Below are positions 13,797 to 26,994 of a DNA stretch of 64,000 nucleotides, one piece after another (position 1 is the first letter of the stretch; each line of letters starts with the position of its first letter). The notes below the pieces were generated by a model. It had not been told where the DNA came from. It was given only the letters and a program-made list of their open reading frames with translations, and did no database searches. Made by a program: the position numbers and the translations under genes. Origin of the DNA: Eledone cirrhosa (taxonomy: Eukaryota). Location of the stretch: positions 57,660,001 through 57,724,000 of the forward strand of contig OZ024746.1 of assembly GCA_964016885.1 (NCBI GenBank). The letters run 5' to 3'.

Positions 13797-16700
13797 GACA
13801 CAGCTAGAGACTTATAGAATACTTAGCTGTGTACAGGAACTGGTTTGAAAGAGCGGTTGCCGGTCCGGCAGAAATTAGAAATTGGAATAAATGCTCTGAA
13901 ATAGCGATATATATGTGAATATAGACATAGAATATTCGAAAATATTCTGTATGTTTATAATAAACATTTTGAAGACCTAATCGCTATAGAATAGAATACG
14001 TCACGTATTACAATTAGATTCTCGATAAAAGCAAGGGAAGTAATCTACGCGTTTCATTCTTGTTAGAATTCATCAGGACCACATATCCAGTGCTTTTATC
14101 GAGAATGACACAGCTAGAGACTTATAGAATACTTAGCTGTGTACAGGAACTGGTTTGAAAGAGCGGTTGCCGGTCCGGCAGAAATTAGAAATTGGAATAA
14201 ATGCTCTGAAATAGCGATATATATGTGAATATAGACATAGAATATTCGAAAATATTCTGTATGTTTATAATAAACATTTTGAAGACCTAATCGCTATAGA
14301 ATAGAATACGTCACGTATTACAATTAGATTCTCGATAAAAGCAAGGGAAGTAATCTACGCGTTTCATTCTTGTTAGAATTCATCAGGACCACATATCCAG
14401 TGCTTTTATCGAGAATGACACAGCTAGAGACTTATAGAATACTTAGCTGTGTACAGGAACTGGTTTGAAAGAGCGGTTGCCGGTCCGGCAGAAATTAGAA
14501 ATTGGAATAAATGCTCTGAAATAGCGATATATATGTGAATATAGACATAGAATATTCGAAAATATTCTGTATGTTTATAATAAACATTTTGAAGACCTAA
14601 TCGCTATAGAATAGAATACGTCACGTATTACAATTAGATTCTCGATAAAAGCAAGGGAAGTAATCTACGCGTTTCATTCTTGTTAGAATTCATCAGGACC
14701 ACATATCCAGTGCTTTTATCGAGAATGACACAGCTAGAGACTTATAGAATACTTAGCTGTGTACAGGAACTGGTTTGAAAGAGCGGTTGCCGGTCCGGCA
14801 GAAATTAGAAATTGGAATAAATGCTCTGAAATAGCGATATATATGTGAATATAGACATAGAATATTCGAAAATATTCTGTATGTTTATAATAAACATTTT
14901 GAAGACCTAATCGCTATAGAATAGAATACGTCACGTATTACAATTAGATTCTCGATAAAAGCAAGGGAAGTAATCTACGCGTTTCATTCTTGTTAGAATT
15001 CATCAGGACCACATATCCAGTGCTTTTATCGAGAATGACACAGCTAGAGACTTATAGAATACTTAGCTGTGTACAGGAACTGGTTTGAAAGAGCGGTTGC
15101 CGGTCCGGCAGAAATTAGAAATTGGAATAAATGCTCTGAAATAGCGATATATATGTGAATATAGACATAGAATATTCGAAAATATTCTGTATGTTTATAA
15201 TAAACATTTTGAAGACCTAATCGCTATAGAATAGAATACGTCACGTATTACAATTAGATTCTCGATAAAAGCAAGGGAAGTAATCTACGCGTTTCATTCT
15301 TGTTAGAATTCATCAGGACCACATATCCAGTGCTTTTATCGAGAATGACACAGCTAGAGACTTATAGAATACTTAGCTGTGTACAGGAACTGGTTTGAAA
15401 GAGCGGTTGCCGGTCCGGCAGAAATTAGAAATTGGAATAAATGCTCTGAAATAGCGATATATATGTGAATATAGACATAGAATATTCGAAAATATTCTGT
15501 ATGTTTATAATAAACATTTTGAAGACCTAATCGCTATAGAATAGAATACGTCACGTATTACAATTAGATTCTCGATAAAAGCAAGGGAAGTAATCTACGC
15601 GTTTCATTCTTGTTAGAATTCATCAGGACCACATATCCAGTGCTTTTATCGAGAATGACACAGCTAGAGACTTATAGAATACTTAGCTGTGTACAGGAAC
15701 TGGTTTGAAAGAGCGGTTGCCGGTCCGGCAGAAATTAGAAATTGGAATAAATGCTCTGAAATAGCGATATATATGTGAATATAGACATAGAATATTCGAA
15801 AATATTCTGTATGTTTATAATAAACATTTTGAAGACCTAATCGCTATAGAATAGAATACGTCACGTATTACAATTAGATTCTCGATAAAAGCAAGGGAAG
15901 TAATCTACGCGTTTCATTCTTGTTAGAATTCATCAGGACCACATATCCAGTGCTTTTATCGAGAATGACACAGCTAGAGACTTATAGAATACTTAGCTGT
16001 GTACAGGAACTGGTTTGAAAGAGCGGTTGCCGGTCCGGCAGAAATTAGAAATTGGAATAAATGCTCTGAAATAGCGATATATATGTGAATATAGACATAG
16101 AATATTCGAAAATATTCTGTATGTTTATAATAAACATTTTGAAGACCTAATCGCTATAGAATAGAATACGTCACGTATTACAATTAGATTCTCGATAAAA
16201 GCAAGGGAAGTAATCTACGCGTTTCATTCTTGTTAGAATTCATCAGGACCACATATCCAGTGCTTTTATCGAGAATGACACAGCTAGAGACTTATAGAAT
16301 ACTTAGCTGTGTACAGGAACTGGTTTGAAAGAGCGGTTGCCGGTCCGGCAGAAATTAGAAATTGGAATAAATGCTCTGAAATAGCGATATATATGTGAAT
16401 ATAGACATAGAATATTCGAAAATATTCTGTATGTTTATAATAAACATTTTGAAGACCTAATCGCTATAGAATAGAATACGTCACGTATTACAATTAGATT
16501 CTCGATAAAAGCAAGGGAAGTAATCTACGCGTTTCATTCTTGTTAGAATTCATCAGGACCACATATCCAGTGCTTTTATCGAGAATGACACAGCTAGAGA
16601 CTTATAGAATACTTAGCTGTGTACAGGAACTGGTTTGAAAGAGCGGTTGCCGGTCCGGCAGAAATTAGAAATTGGAATAAATGCTCTGAAATAGCGATAT

Positions 16701-17069
16701 ATATGTGAATATAGACATAGAATATTCGAAAATATTCTGTATGTTTATAATAAACATTTTGAAGACCTAATCGCTATAGAATAGAATACGTCACGTATTA
16801 CAATTAGATTCTCGATAAAAGCAAGGGAAGTAATCTACGCGTTTCATTCTTGTTAGAATTCATCAGGACCACATATCCAGTGCTTTTATCGAGAATGACA
16901 CAGCTAGAGACTTATAGAATACTTAGCTGTGTACAGGAACTGGTTTGAAAGAGCGGTTGCCGGTCCGGCAGAAATTAGAAATTGGAATAAATGCTCTGAA
17001 ATAGCGATATATATGTGAATATAGACATAGAATACACAGCTAAGTATTCTATAAGTCTCTAGCTGTGTC

Positions 17070-17158
17070 ATTCTCGATAAAAGCACTGGATATGTGGTCC
17101 TGATGAATTCTAACAAGAATGAAACGCGTAGATTACTTCCCTTGCTTTTATCGAGAAT
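17070..17158 (+). ncRNA. Type I hammerhead, first of 4 plus-strand copies (predicted cleavage after 17130, 17440, 17752, 18062)
   Basis: Distal stem I ATTCTCGATAAAAGCA/TGCTTTTATCGAGAAT (16 bp), internal loop, proximal stem I GTGGTC/GATTAC, CTGATGA, stem II ATTCT-AACA-AGAAT, GAA-ACGCGT-A. Confidence 0.9.
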
Positions 17159-18221
17159 CTAATTGTAATACGTGACGTATTCTATTCTATAGCGATTAGG
17201 TCTTCAAAATGTTTATTATAAACATACAGAATATTTTCGAATATTCTATGTCTATATTCACATATATATCGCTATTTCAGAGCATTTATTCCAATTTCTA
17301 ATTTCTGCCGGACCGGCAACCGCTCTTTCAAACCAGTTCCTGTACACAGCTAAGTATTCTATAAGTCTCTAGCTGTGTCATTCTCGATAAAAGCACTGGA
17401 TATGTGGTCCTGATGAATTCTAACAAGAATGAAACGCGTAGATTACTTCCCTTGCTTTTATCGAGAATCTAATTGTAATACGTGACGTATTCTATTCTAT
17501 AGCGATTAGGTCTTCAAAATGTTTATTATAAACATACAGAAAATATTTTCGAATATTCTATGTCTATATTCACATATATATCGCTATTTCAGAGCATTTA
17601 TTCCAATTTCTAATTTCTGCCGGACCGGCAACCGCTCTTTCAAACCAGTTCCTGTACACAGCTAAGTATTCTATAAGTCTCTAGCTGTGTCATTCTCGAT
17701 AAAAGCACTGGATATGTGGTCCTGATGAATTCTAACAAGAATGAAACGCGTAGATTACTTCCCTTGCTTTTATCGAGAATCTAATTGTAATACGTGACGT
17801 ATTCTATTCTATAGCGATTAGGTCTTCAAAATGTTTATTATAAACATACAGAATATTTTCGAATATTCTATGTCTATATTCACATATATATCGCTATTTC
17901 AGAGCATTTATTCCAATTTCTAATTTCTGCCGGACCGGCAACCGCTCTTTCAAACCAGTTCCTGTACACAGCTAAGTATTCTATAAGTCTCTAGCTGTGT
18001 CATTCTCGATAAAAGCACTGGATATGTGGTCCTGATGAATTCTAACAAGAATGAAACGCGTAGATTACTTCCCTTGCTTTTATCGAGAATCTAATTGTAA
18101 TACGTGACGTATTCTATTCTATAGCGATTAGGTCTTCAAAATGTTTATTATAAACATACAGAATATTTTCGAATATTCTATGTCTATATTCACATATATA
18201 TCGCTATTTCAGAGCATTTAT

Positions 18222-18267
<46 letters not shown>

Positions 18268-18268
18268 T

Positions 18269-18626
18269 AGATCAAAAGATGGTTAAAAGAGTTCCATATA
18301 TTTTATTATAGGGAGAAATGATATGAAGGTTAAAACACACTTGTGAATAGTGCACTTTTAAATTTTAAATATGTTGATTTAAAACTGCACTATTCACAAG
18401 TGTGTTTTAACCTTCATATCATGTCTCCCTATTTCATCTGACGAAAACGCAAATGTTATTGCATGATGATATTTGTTTTTGAAATGCCCATAATAAAATA
18501 CATGGAACTCTTTTAACCATCTTTTGATCTTATATATTATTTATACTCCAGTCCTACAAACTGTAGAGTGCTTCTTATCCGATATCTGCATTGCTTTATT
18601 GTACTACAATAAAACTCACCTCCTAC
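18269..18626 (+). mobile_element. Short palindromic non-coding HHR element (second copy 47219-47600)
   Basis: Inverted arms around ~18360-18380. HHR at 18430-18500: TATTTCAT-CTGACGA..GAAATGCCCATA-ATAAAATA. (TA)n flanks. Confidence 0.8.
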
Positions 18627-18704
<78 letters not shown>

Positions 18705-18970
18705 CTGAATAAGGATAAATATATATCAAATATATAAGACCGTAGAGCAAATATTTATTAAAATAACAGATTAAAATACGTCATTATTTGGAGCGATGAA
18801 AACAATTACAAGCAAAGACAAAACCACGTTGATGCTTTAAATGAAGTCGTAGACTAATATTCTATTTAGGTGGTTCGTGGAGACGTTCCCTGACAATGAA
18901 CGGAAACAACGAAGATAATACGTCATTATGGAAACTATATTTATAAAAACATATTTATTTCATTATATGT

Positions 18971-19145
18971 GAATTGGCAGTATCGGTAGAGGGTCGGACA
19001 TGATTACCAGCATAGTTACGTCCCTTTACGTTCTCAGTTCAAATCCCGCCGTGGTTAACTTTGTCTTTCCGCCTTACGGCGTCGATAAAATAAAGTTCCA
19101 GTAATGTACTGGGTAATTGCTGGCCTTGTGTCAAGAGAGTAACAC
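18971..19145 (+). mobile_element. tRNA-derived SINE
   Basis: TGGCAGTATCGGTAGAGGGTCGGAC..GTTCAAATCCCGCCG..GTCGATAAAATAAAG. Confidence 0.8.
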
Positions 19146-19149
19146 TTAT

Positions 19150-22100
19150 ATATATTTCAAGGTACCAGCATTTTGGTACCCCCTCATCAGAAAAAATACA
19201 AAATTTGTTTTATAAATGGTGACATACCCAAGCAACCAGACATTATCGGTTCAGGTTCAGTTCTGATAGTGAAAGAAAAATTTCAAATCTTTAGGATGAA
19301 TATGTAAATGGGGTTGAAACGTAACGATGAAAAAAGATCGTTATATTTAGACGCTAGGTAAAGTTAAATAATTATTAGGATAATTTATAAATGGATGAAC
19401 AAAAAAAAAAGAGAGGCTAATATTAATATTAGGGTGTAAGAAAATTTAAGGAATGATCATAAGAAAAAAGTATAGTTAGAAATACAATATTATTATTAAG
19501 ATAATTTTTTTTTTTAATTAAGATATACTACTAATTATTGGATCTATTCAAATCACGAGTTATAATATTATATAGATAATATTTATAAGTATATTTTAAG
19601 GTTGTAAGTATATTTTAGTTAATTATATTACAACGTGTTATTTATATAAATATTTTTGGTGAGTATATATGTTGTTATTTTCACTACATAGATAAATTAA
19701 ATATTTTTATATATTTTAAGGGTTACGAAGATTTTTGTGTTTACATTTTCAATATATAGTTAAGAAAAGGAGGACGTAGTTATAAATTTTATTGGGAAGA
19801 TTATTTTGTCCATTCAGATAGTTCAGTCAAGATAGGAATCATTCACAAAAAAATTATTAAATCAACGAAAATAAATATTTATTTAAAGTTTAGTTGTTAC
19901 GTAGAAGGAATGTTTAAGCGTGTTACATTATAGTGGAAAAGATGACTCCAATGTTTCTTAGTTATAATAATTATGTTACATTTGTCATTTAATTCTAAAT
20001 TTACTTTTAAAGAAATATATAATTAAGATATATGCGGAATATGAGTAGAACAATTTAATATATTTTGTATATGATTATAAGGTATTTTATATTAGATGTT
20101 TTCAAAGACAAGAATTATTTTATATATGTATTTAGATAGTATTATCTACATCAATGCATGCGTTAAAGTCTATATAGTGAAACAAATATTATTACAGACA
20201 TCATAAGTATATTTAGAAACATTATCAAATTTATCACAAAAAAGATATATTTCAAAATAACATTGAAAACCATTAAAAAGAATATCATTTGAAAAAGAAT
20301 ATCATTTGAAAAATATTAGATAAAAAGAAAAATATCATTTAAAAATAACAACAAAATCTCGACAAAAACATAGTGAAGACATATAAAATGTAAACAAGTG
20401 AAATATATTCTATAGATTAAAGATACCTCTAAAAGTAAATCTTTGGAGATGTCTACAAAAACTGAATTATTCTTTCTTTTTGTTAATTGAGTTTCTGTAA
20501 GGGGCAATTTGAATCGTCTCTACAGTTACATTTTCCAGAGTTATTGTTACTATGAACGGTACTATTATTATTATTCGTATTAATACTGTTATTAGTAATA
20601 TTAATATTGTTATCTTAGTTTATTTGGTTTGGGTTTAAATTTAAGTTTCTATTATTAATTCTATTTATATTGTGTGCTATGTTCATCGTAGTAGAGTAAG
20701 ATATACTATTAGTATATCTGTTAAAAATAGAATGGTATCTATGGGATTTAGGAAAACACTTATCTAATGCTTTGAAAAATAGGTTTGCTACAAATGTTTT
20801 AACGCCTATCGAGAATGGGGGAGAGTACCAAATAATATTTCTAGTTATACTTCTTTTGTTTGATCTACTATTTATGTAAAATCGATTATTATTATTATTA
20901 TAGTTAATTTTAGGATGATTTTGCATGTTATTGTTATCTAAGTATTTAATTTTACTCGTGTAGCTAGCTCTATGAAAATCATCACTGTAATATTCTGCCT
21001 TGTTATCAAACATATTTGTATTAGCTGAAATGCGTGAAATGCTTTCCTGGATATTATTGACAATAGTATTTCTTACATTTCTAGGATGGTTAGAGTGGAA
21101 GCTTACATAGTTTAGGTTTTCATTAATCTTATGGAAAGGGTGATATAGATCTGAGCTAAGGTTTAAAGTTACATCTAAGAAGTTAACAGTTTTATTATTA
21201 TTCTCAATTTCTAAATTAAGGTTGTAATTATTGAAAAATTATATGAAAGATTTCTTTTTCCTATTAAGTTCACTATTGCTATGATTTTCGACTAGAAGTA
21301 ACATATCGTCGCGATATAAGCCCCCGGCCATCTCTGGCATTTTTCTATGTAGTACATTAAGAATAAATATTCCAACGAGGTCCGTTTCTTGAGCTGTGTC
21401 AGATGATCCCACTGTGATGTCGAAATTGTTCTGTCTGTCAGCTCTTGTCTAGAGATGGTTATTAAATTCAATTAGGCTTTTGCGTGCGGTTAAAATGATA
21501 TTTATTTCTTCACAAGATAAGTCCGTATATTTTAAAGCATAAATAAGTGCCTTATTGAGTAAGTTGGGGGTAATTGAGGAGAAGTAATTAGCAATATCCA
21601 TTTGTATAAATGTTTTATTATGTTTTAATTTAATGTCTACAAACCAATCTATTACTTCCTTTGTACCGTTCCATAGTTTAAGGTGTGATTTTTACTTAAG
21701 TACTGGCATGATCCTATCTATTATATGTTTGCTAATTATGCCTAAATCAGATCTAGATGGTGCGATGAGTATAACTGGTAGTTTAACTTCGAAGTTTCTT
21801 TTGTGGTCGTTTATATTAATCATCTTCGGTTCCCTAGGTATAAAAGGTTCAGTCTTATTTTGAATGCCTAATTTATAAATAATTTCCGAGGCTTCTTTAT
21901 TTAGGGTTGATAGATCTTCATTTGAGGTTTTTTCATAGTTTTTCCTGAGTTCATTCACTATCAAATTATTATAAGCCTCCTTTTCCATACCGTATAAGTT
22001 ATTGGTTTTGTCCGATTTTACAGAGATCTTCTTTGTTTTTTCGAGATTGTCTATTTTGTTTTTGAGGCATTTGGTGCATTCCTGACATATAAATTGGTTC

Positions 22101-22530
22101 TTTTGAAATTTAACGTTCTTTTATTATGGAGATTAATTCATTTTCAAATTAGTCTCGTAGTTTGTTGAAGGTGTATTTTTCCTTGATTTGAAAATAAGAT
22201 CAACATTTTATTTGAATTTATTTTTTCCTTTTTCGATTTCTTATCAAAATGGAAAGCGCGCTATCTAAGTCCCTTATGAAAGAATCGGATTTTCCTATTA
22301 GTTGTTTTAAATATTCCTTATTTCTAGGTAAGGGTACATCCTTAAGAGATGAAGATATTCCATTATTAATACTTTACAATCTGTTATAGTTTAACGTGCT
22401 CTATATTAAAGGAGCTATTTATATGCAAAGAGATATTTGATTTGTTGGTTATTCAACAAATTTATTTATAACATATTTGAAGCACTCTACAAGTTTTCTG
22501 GAGTATAATATGAATCATATTAATAAATGG
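19150..22530 (-). mobile_element. Near full-length decayed PLE (YRDD-type RT)
   Basis: SDLGIISKHIIDRI; FDITVGSSDTAQETDLVG; GGLYRDD at ~21305-21325; WYSPPFS. The 3' end has an HHR-like CTGATGA-GGTACCA/TGGTACC-GAAA at 19155-19190. Confidence 0.88.
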
Positions 22531-22729
22531 AAACTATATTTATAAAACCATATTTATTTTATTAAATATATTATAAAACAATTATTTATTATATATATTA
22601 TAAAACACATTTTAGTGTTAAAAAGACAGTAGCCAAGCTACTAAACTATAATAGCAGTTTTGGCAAATTTTTGCTCAACAAAATAATTTGGAGGTAATTA
22701 TAAAGAATTAGTATATCTACCAACATATA

Positions 22730-24157
22730 CAGGGTGAGGCATAAAAACAGTTACAAAATAAAATGCAAATAGTTCTTGAAAAAAACATTTATTTCAAGAT
22801 CTGACTGCAACAAATAGTAAGTAATATATGATTAAACAAGTGCACAACATTTTATTCGAAATGCTTTCCTCTAACTCTCACCACCGCTGGAAGTCTTCTA
22901 GGAAAGTCTTCGATGACTGCACGAACAGTTTCCATGGTTATTTTCTCCCATACTTTATTCAGTTTTGATTTTAGAGTTTCAATATTTTGGCTAGGAGTAG
23001 AGCAGGTTTCACTCTCAAGAATTGGCCATAAAGAAAAATCGAGAGGGTTGAGATCTGGTGATGTGGGAGGCCACTCTTCCTTACTCATCCATGCAGAACA
23101 ATGGTCTCTACACCACTGTTGTGTTATGCAAGCAGTGTAGCTCGTCGCTCCATCTTGTTGGAGAGTCCAAATGTCATCGCCATAAACAGATATGCACCAT
23201 GGCATCAGTGCTCCTTCCAAAATATCCTTTATGCAAAGTTATTTGTTAATTTTAACTCCTTGAGGCACAAAAATCAGAGGAAACTTACCTCTTTCAGAAA
23301 TGGCTGCCCAAATCATCACTGATGCTGGTTTCTGTGTTCTGAACACTTTTCCTACACTTGAAGGAATTGATTTGAGACTTTTTGCAAGTTCGATCACTTT
23401 GATGATTGTGAGACTGCTGCACAGTGAATAACTTCTCATCTGTAAAGATGATGTTTTGCAGCGTGCATCCTTGATACAGTTCAATAACAGTTTACTTCTG
23501 GAGAGCCTCTTTTCAATTGTGGCTGCAGAAAGAAGCTCCCTCTTTTGGAACTTATAGGGTGACATCCCAAGATCATCTCGACATATCCTCCGCATAGTTC
23601 TCGGCGATGTTTCTGCTTCTTCTGCCACTTTTCTCATGGACATTCTTGGATTACGCCTTATTTTTTCCCTCACACTTTTAACGAGTTTTGGTGTTCTTGA
23701 GGTGCGAGGGCGTCTGGATCGAGGTCTGTCTTTGATCGAGGAAGTTTCCTTAAATCTATCGATGGTCCTTTTGATCAACATTCTATTGATCTTAAGAATT
23801 TACCCCAGTTTAAATATCTTGGGTGGAGTCAGGCCTTTTTCATGCTTCTCTATTGTGAACTTTCTTTTCAATGCAAGGGGATGCAAAACAATTATATGAA
23901 TAATGTAAAATAAGAAAATTATAAAAATTAACTTACTTACTAAAATTTCACTCCAACTAATTAGTTTCTGAAAGGGAATAAACATGGTTTCCAAATGGAG
24001 GGCATGGAGAAGCCGTTTCGTCATCAGGAAGTCTGTTCTCAGCTAAGATACCTGGCGATGCGTAGACACAGGGAACGTATGCAAAAATAATTCAGTGGAT
24101 AGAAAAAAGCAAGCGTGGACTAAATTCCAAGACGTTGAAAAAATAGGTATGCATCTG
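22730..24157 (-). mobile_element. Tc1/mariner-superfamily DD37D (maT/Bmmar1-type) transposon relic
   Basis: TA|CAGGGTG left end and degenerate CTG|TA right end, ~1.43 kb, with transposase fragments inside. Confidence 0.8.
22852..23880 (-). pseudogene. Frameshifted DD37D transposase
   Basis: DRPRSRRPRTSRT; SVMIWAAIS; QQDGA followed by 37 residues to the D of WPPTSPDLNPLD. Confidence 0.9.
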
Positions 24158-24354
24158 TATATATATGTCGGTAGATATACTAATTCTTTATAATTAACTC
24201 CAAATTATTTTGTTGAGCAAACATTTGCCAAAACTGCTACTATAGTTCATATTAACGGCTTGACTACTGTCTTTTTAACACCCCACTCCTCACTGATTAA
24301 CCTCGATGTCATGTGATTGATACTTTTTAATTTGCCACCGACCAAGTAGGCAGT

Positions 24355-24605
24355 GAATTTTTCAATGTCTTGGAATTTCGTCCACTCTTGTTTTTTTCCA
24401 TCCACTGAATTATTTTTGTATAAGTACCCTGTGTCCACGCATCGCCAGGTATCTTAGCTGAGAACAGACTTCCTGATGACGAAACGGTTTCTCCATGCTT
24501 CCATTTGGAAACCATGTTTATTCCCTTTCAGAAACTAATTAGTTGGAGTGAAATTTTAGTAAGTAACTTAATTTTTATAATTTTCTTATTTTACGTCATT
24601 CATAT
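24355..24605. repeat. Inverted duplicate of 23893-24142 (maT 5' non-coding region)
   Basis: ~250-bp reverse-complement match; the ORF track shows METMFIPFQKLISWSEILVS on both strands. Confidence 0.85.
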
Positions 24606-24657
24606 ATGTATATATATGAATATATATACACACACAGACACACACACATACACACAC

Positions 24658-24823
<166 letters not shown>

Positions 24824-25374
24824 AAGGAAATATATATCCTTGATATATTCAGCTCCGTTAACTTGTTGAGCTATTTCAAATGTCGAATAAACCTGGCTTC
24901 TATTTTTAGTGGTGTAAGTTTGTGAGACACGTTAAGACACCCTGTGTGCTATAGATATATATTGCACACTATTCAGTTTTTTAATTTACTTAGAAGTGTC
25001 TAGGATACTAATTTATCACCAAATGATGAGCATAAATTTGTAATTCTATACACAATTAATTTTGCGAAACAACACCAAGTTGTCTGCGTGATTGGTACTT
25101 ATCACAATTCCGGTTTGTATTTAGTTTCTTGATTTTTTCTTAAATTGACACAGGCAGACCCAATTGTCTATAGTTAGGATTATTTTCAGCTTAGCGAATC
25201 TGGTCCCTTACGATTTGAACGCATATATGTATATGTCTGTGTTCGTTTTTCTTTTATATTCATTTATAATATACGCATCGGAAATATTTCTTTCTTAGAG
25301 CTATTTGTTGTAAGATACTATTTTGAGTTACTAACTCAATATATACAATTGATATATATATATATATATATATC

Positions 25375-25743
<369 letters not shown>

Positions 25744-25774
25744 GTATATATATATATGTATGTATATCTATCTA

Positions 25775-25875
<101 letters not shown>

Positions 25876-25892
25876 TAGTTTTAATATAGATT

Positions 25893-25943
25893 AGATTCTA
25901 CAGGACTAGAACTGTTTCATTCTTTAGAAATCATCAGGAATCT
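25893..25943 (-). ncRNA. Type I hammerhead motif
   Basis: AGATTC-CTGATGA-TTTCTAAAGAAT-GAA-ACAG(TTCTAGTC)CTGT-A-GAATCT. Confidence 0.75.
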
Positions 25944-26495
25944 GGGTATCAAAAAATAAATATGGTATTTATAGGTCTCTACAAGTGGTAGGAGAGGGTG
26001 GGGAGTGGGATGGGTGTAGGTCGTTGGTTGATAGAAAAGGGAATTCATTAAAAGCTAATTCTACAAAGCATAGTTTATTTTTATTAATTTTTGTTTTTAG
26101 AGTAACAAAGGCAGACAGAATTCTATAAACATTCCGGATGGCATACCATTCCTTGTCATTAAGTTTCTCTTAAGCTAACAGATGTATATAAGATCAGTGG
26201 GAGGTCAGTCATGGTAGATAGAATTAAAGGAAAGGGAGATTCTTTAAAAGCTAAATTCATTAAGGTTCTACTAAGTGACAAAGGTTTAGAGAATTCTGTA
26301 GACAGATTCAAAATACTGAGTGCATATCTTACAATTATCTTCGAAATTCTCTTAAACTAATCAACTATATGCCAAAAATCAACAGACACATTAACAAAAA
26401 AACACACTCACTCACACTCTCGCGAGCAACCATAAACACACATACACATACACATATACACACATAAAAACACACACACATATATAAATATATTC

Positions 26496-26577
<82 letters not shown>

Positions 26578-26731
26578 ATACACACATACATATATATACG
26601 CACACACACACACACATATATATATATACATATATATATACACTCACACACATACATACATACACACAAATATACATGTGTAAACATATACATACATATA
26701 CACATAGATATAGATATATATATACACACAC

Positions 26732-26782
<51 letters not shown>

Positions 26783-26842
26783 TAATATATACATACACAC
26801 ACATACATATATATATACAAATATACACACACATACACACAA

Positions 26843-26912
<70 letters not shown>

Positions 26913-26994
26913 TAATATTTGATGAACATTTACATGTTTTAGTTGCAATTGACTAATAAGATCGCTAGAGTGAAAAATCTTAATTCAACAACGT

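Larger units (their letters stand above)
13601..18227. mobile_element. Retrozyme-like 310-bp hammerhead multimer: 11 units with HHR on minus (13601-17034), inversion, ~3.9 units with HHR on plus (17033-18227)
   Basis: Exact 310-bp period, one HHR per unit, no ORF, (TA)n on both flanks. Confidence 0.88.
22615..24281. repeat. ~115-bp inverted repeat pair (22615-22729 / 24158-24281) enclosing the maT element
   Basis: GTGTTAAAAAGACAGTAG..TATATCTACCAACATATA mirrored by TATATGTCGGTAGATATA..CTACTGTCTTTTTAACAC. Confidence 0.85.

Noticed and set aside
13601-18227. CRISPR array or rRNA/tRNA tandem gene interpretation
   Set aside because: No unique spacers, no cas genes, eukaryotic context, and no 5S or tRNA similarity seen.
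24471-24492. CTGATGA-C-GAAAC hammerhead-like core
   Set aside because: No stem II and no convincing stem I or III; it lies in transposon-derived DNA and is probably chance.
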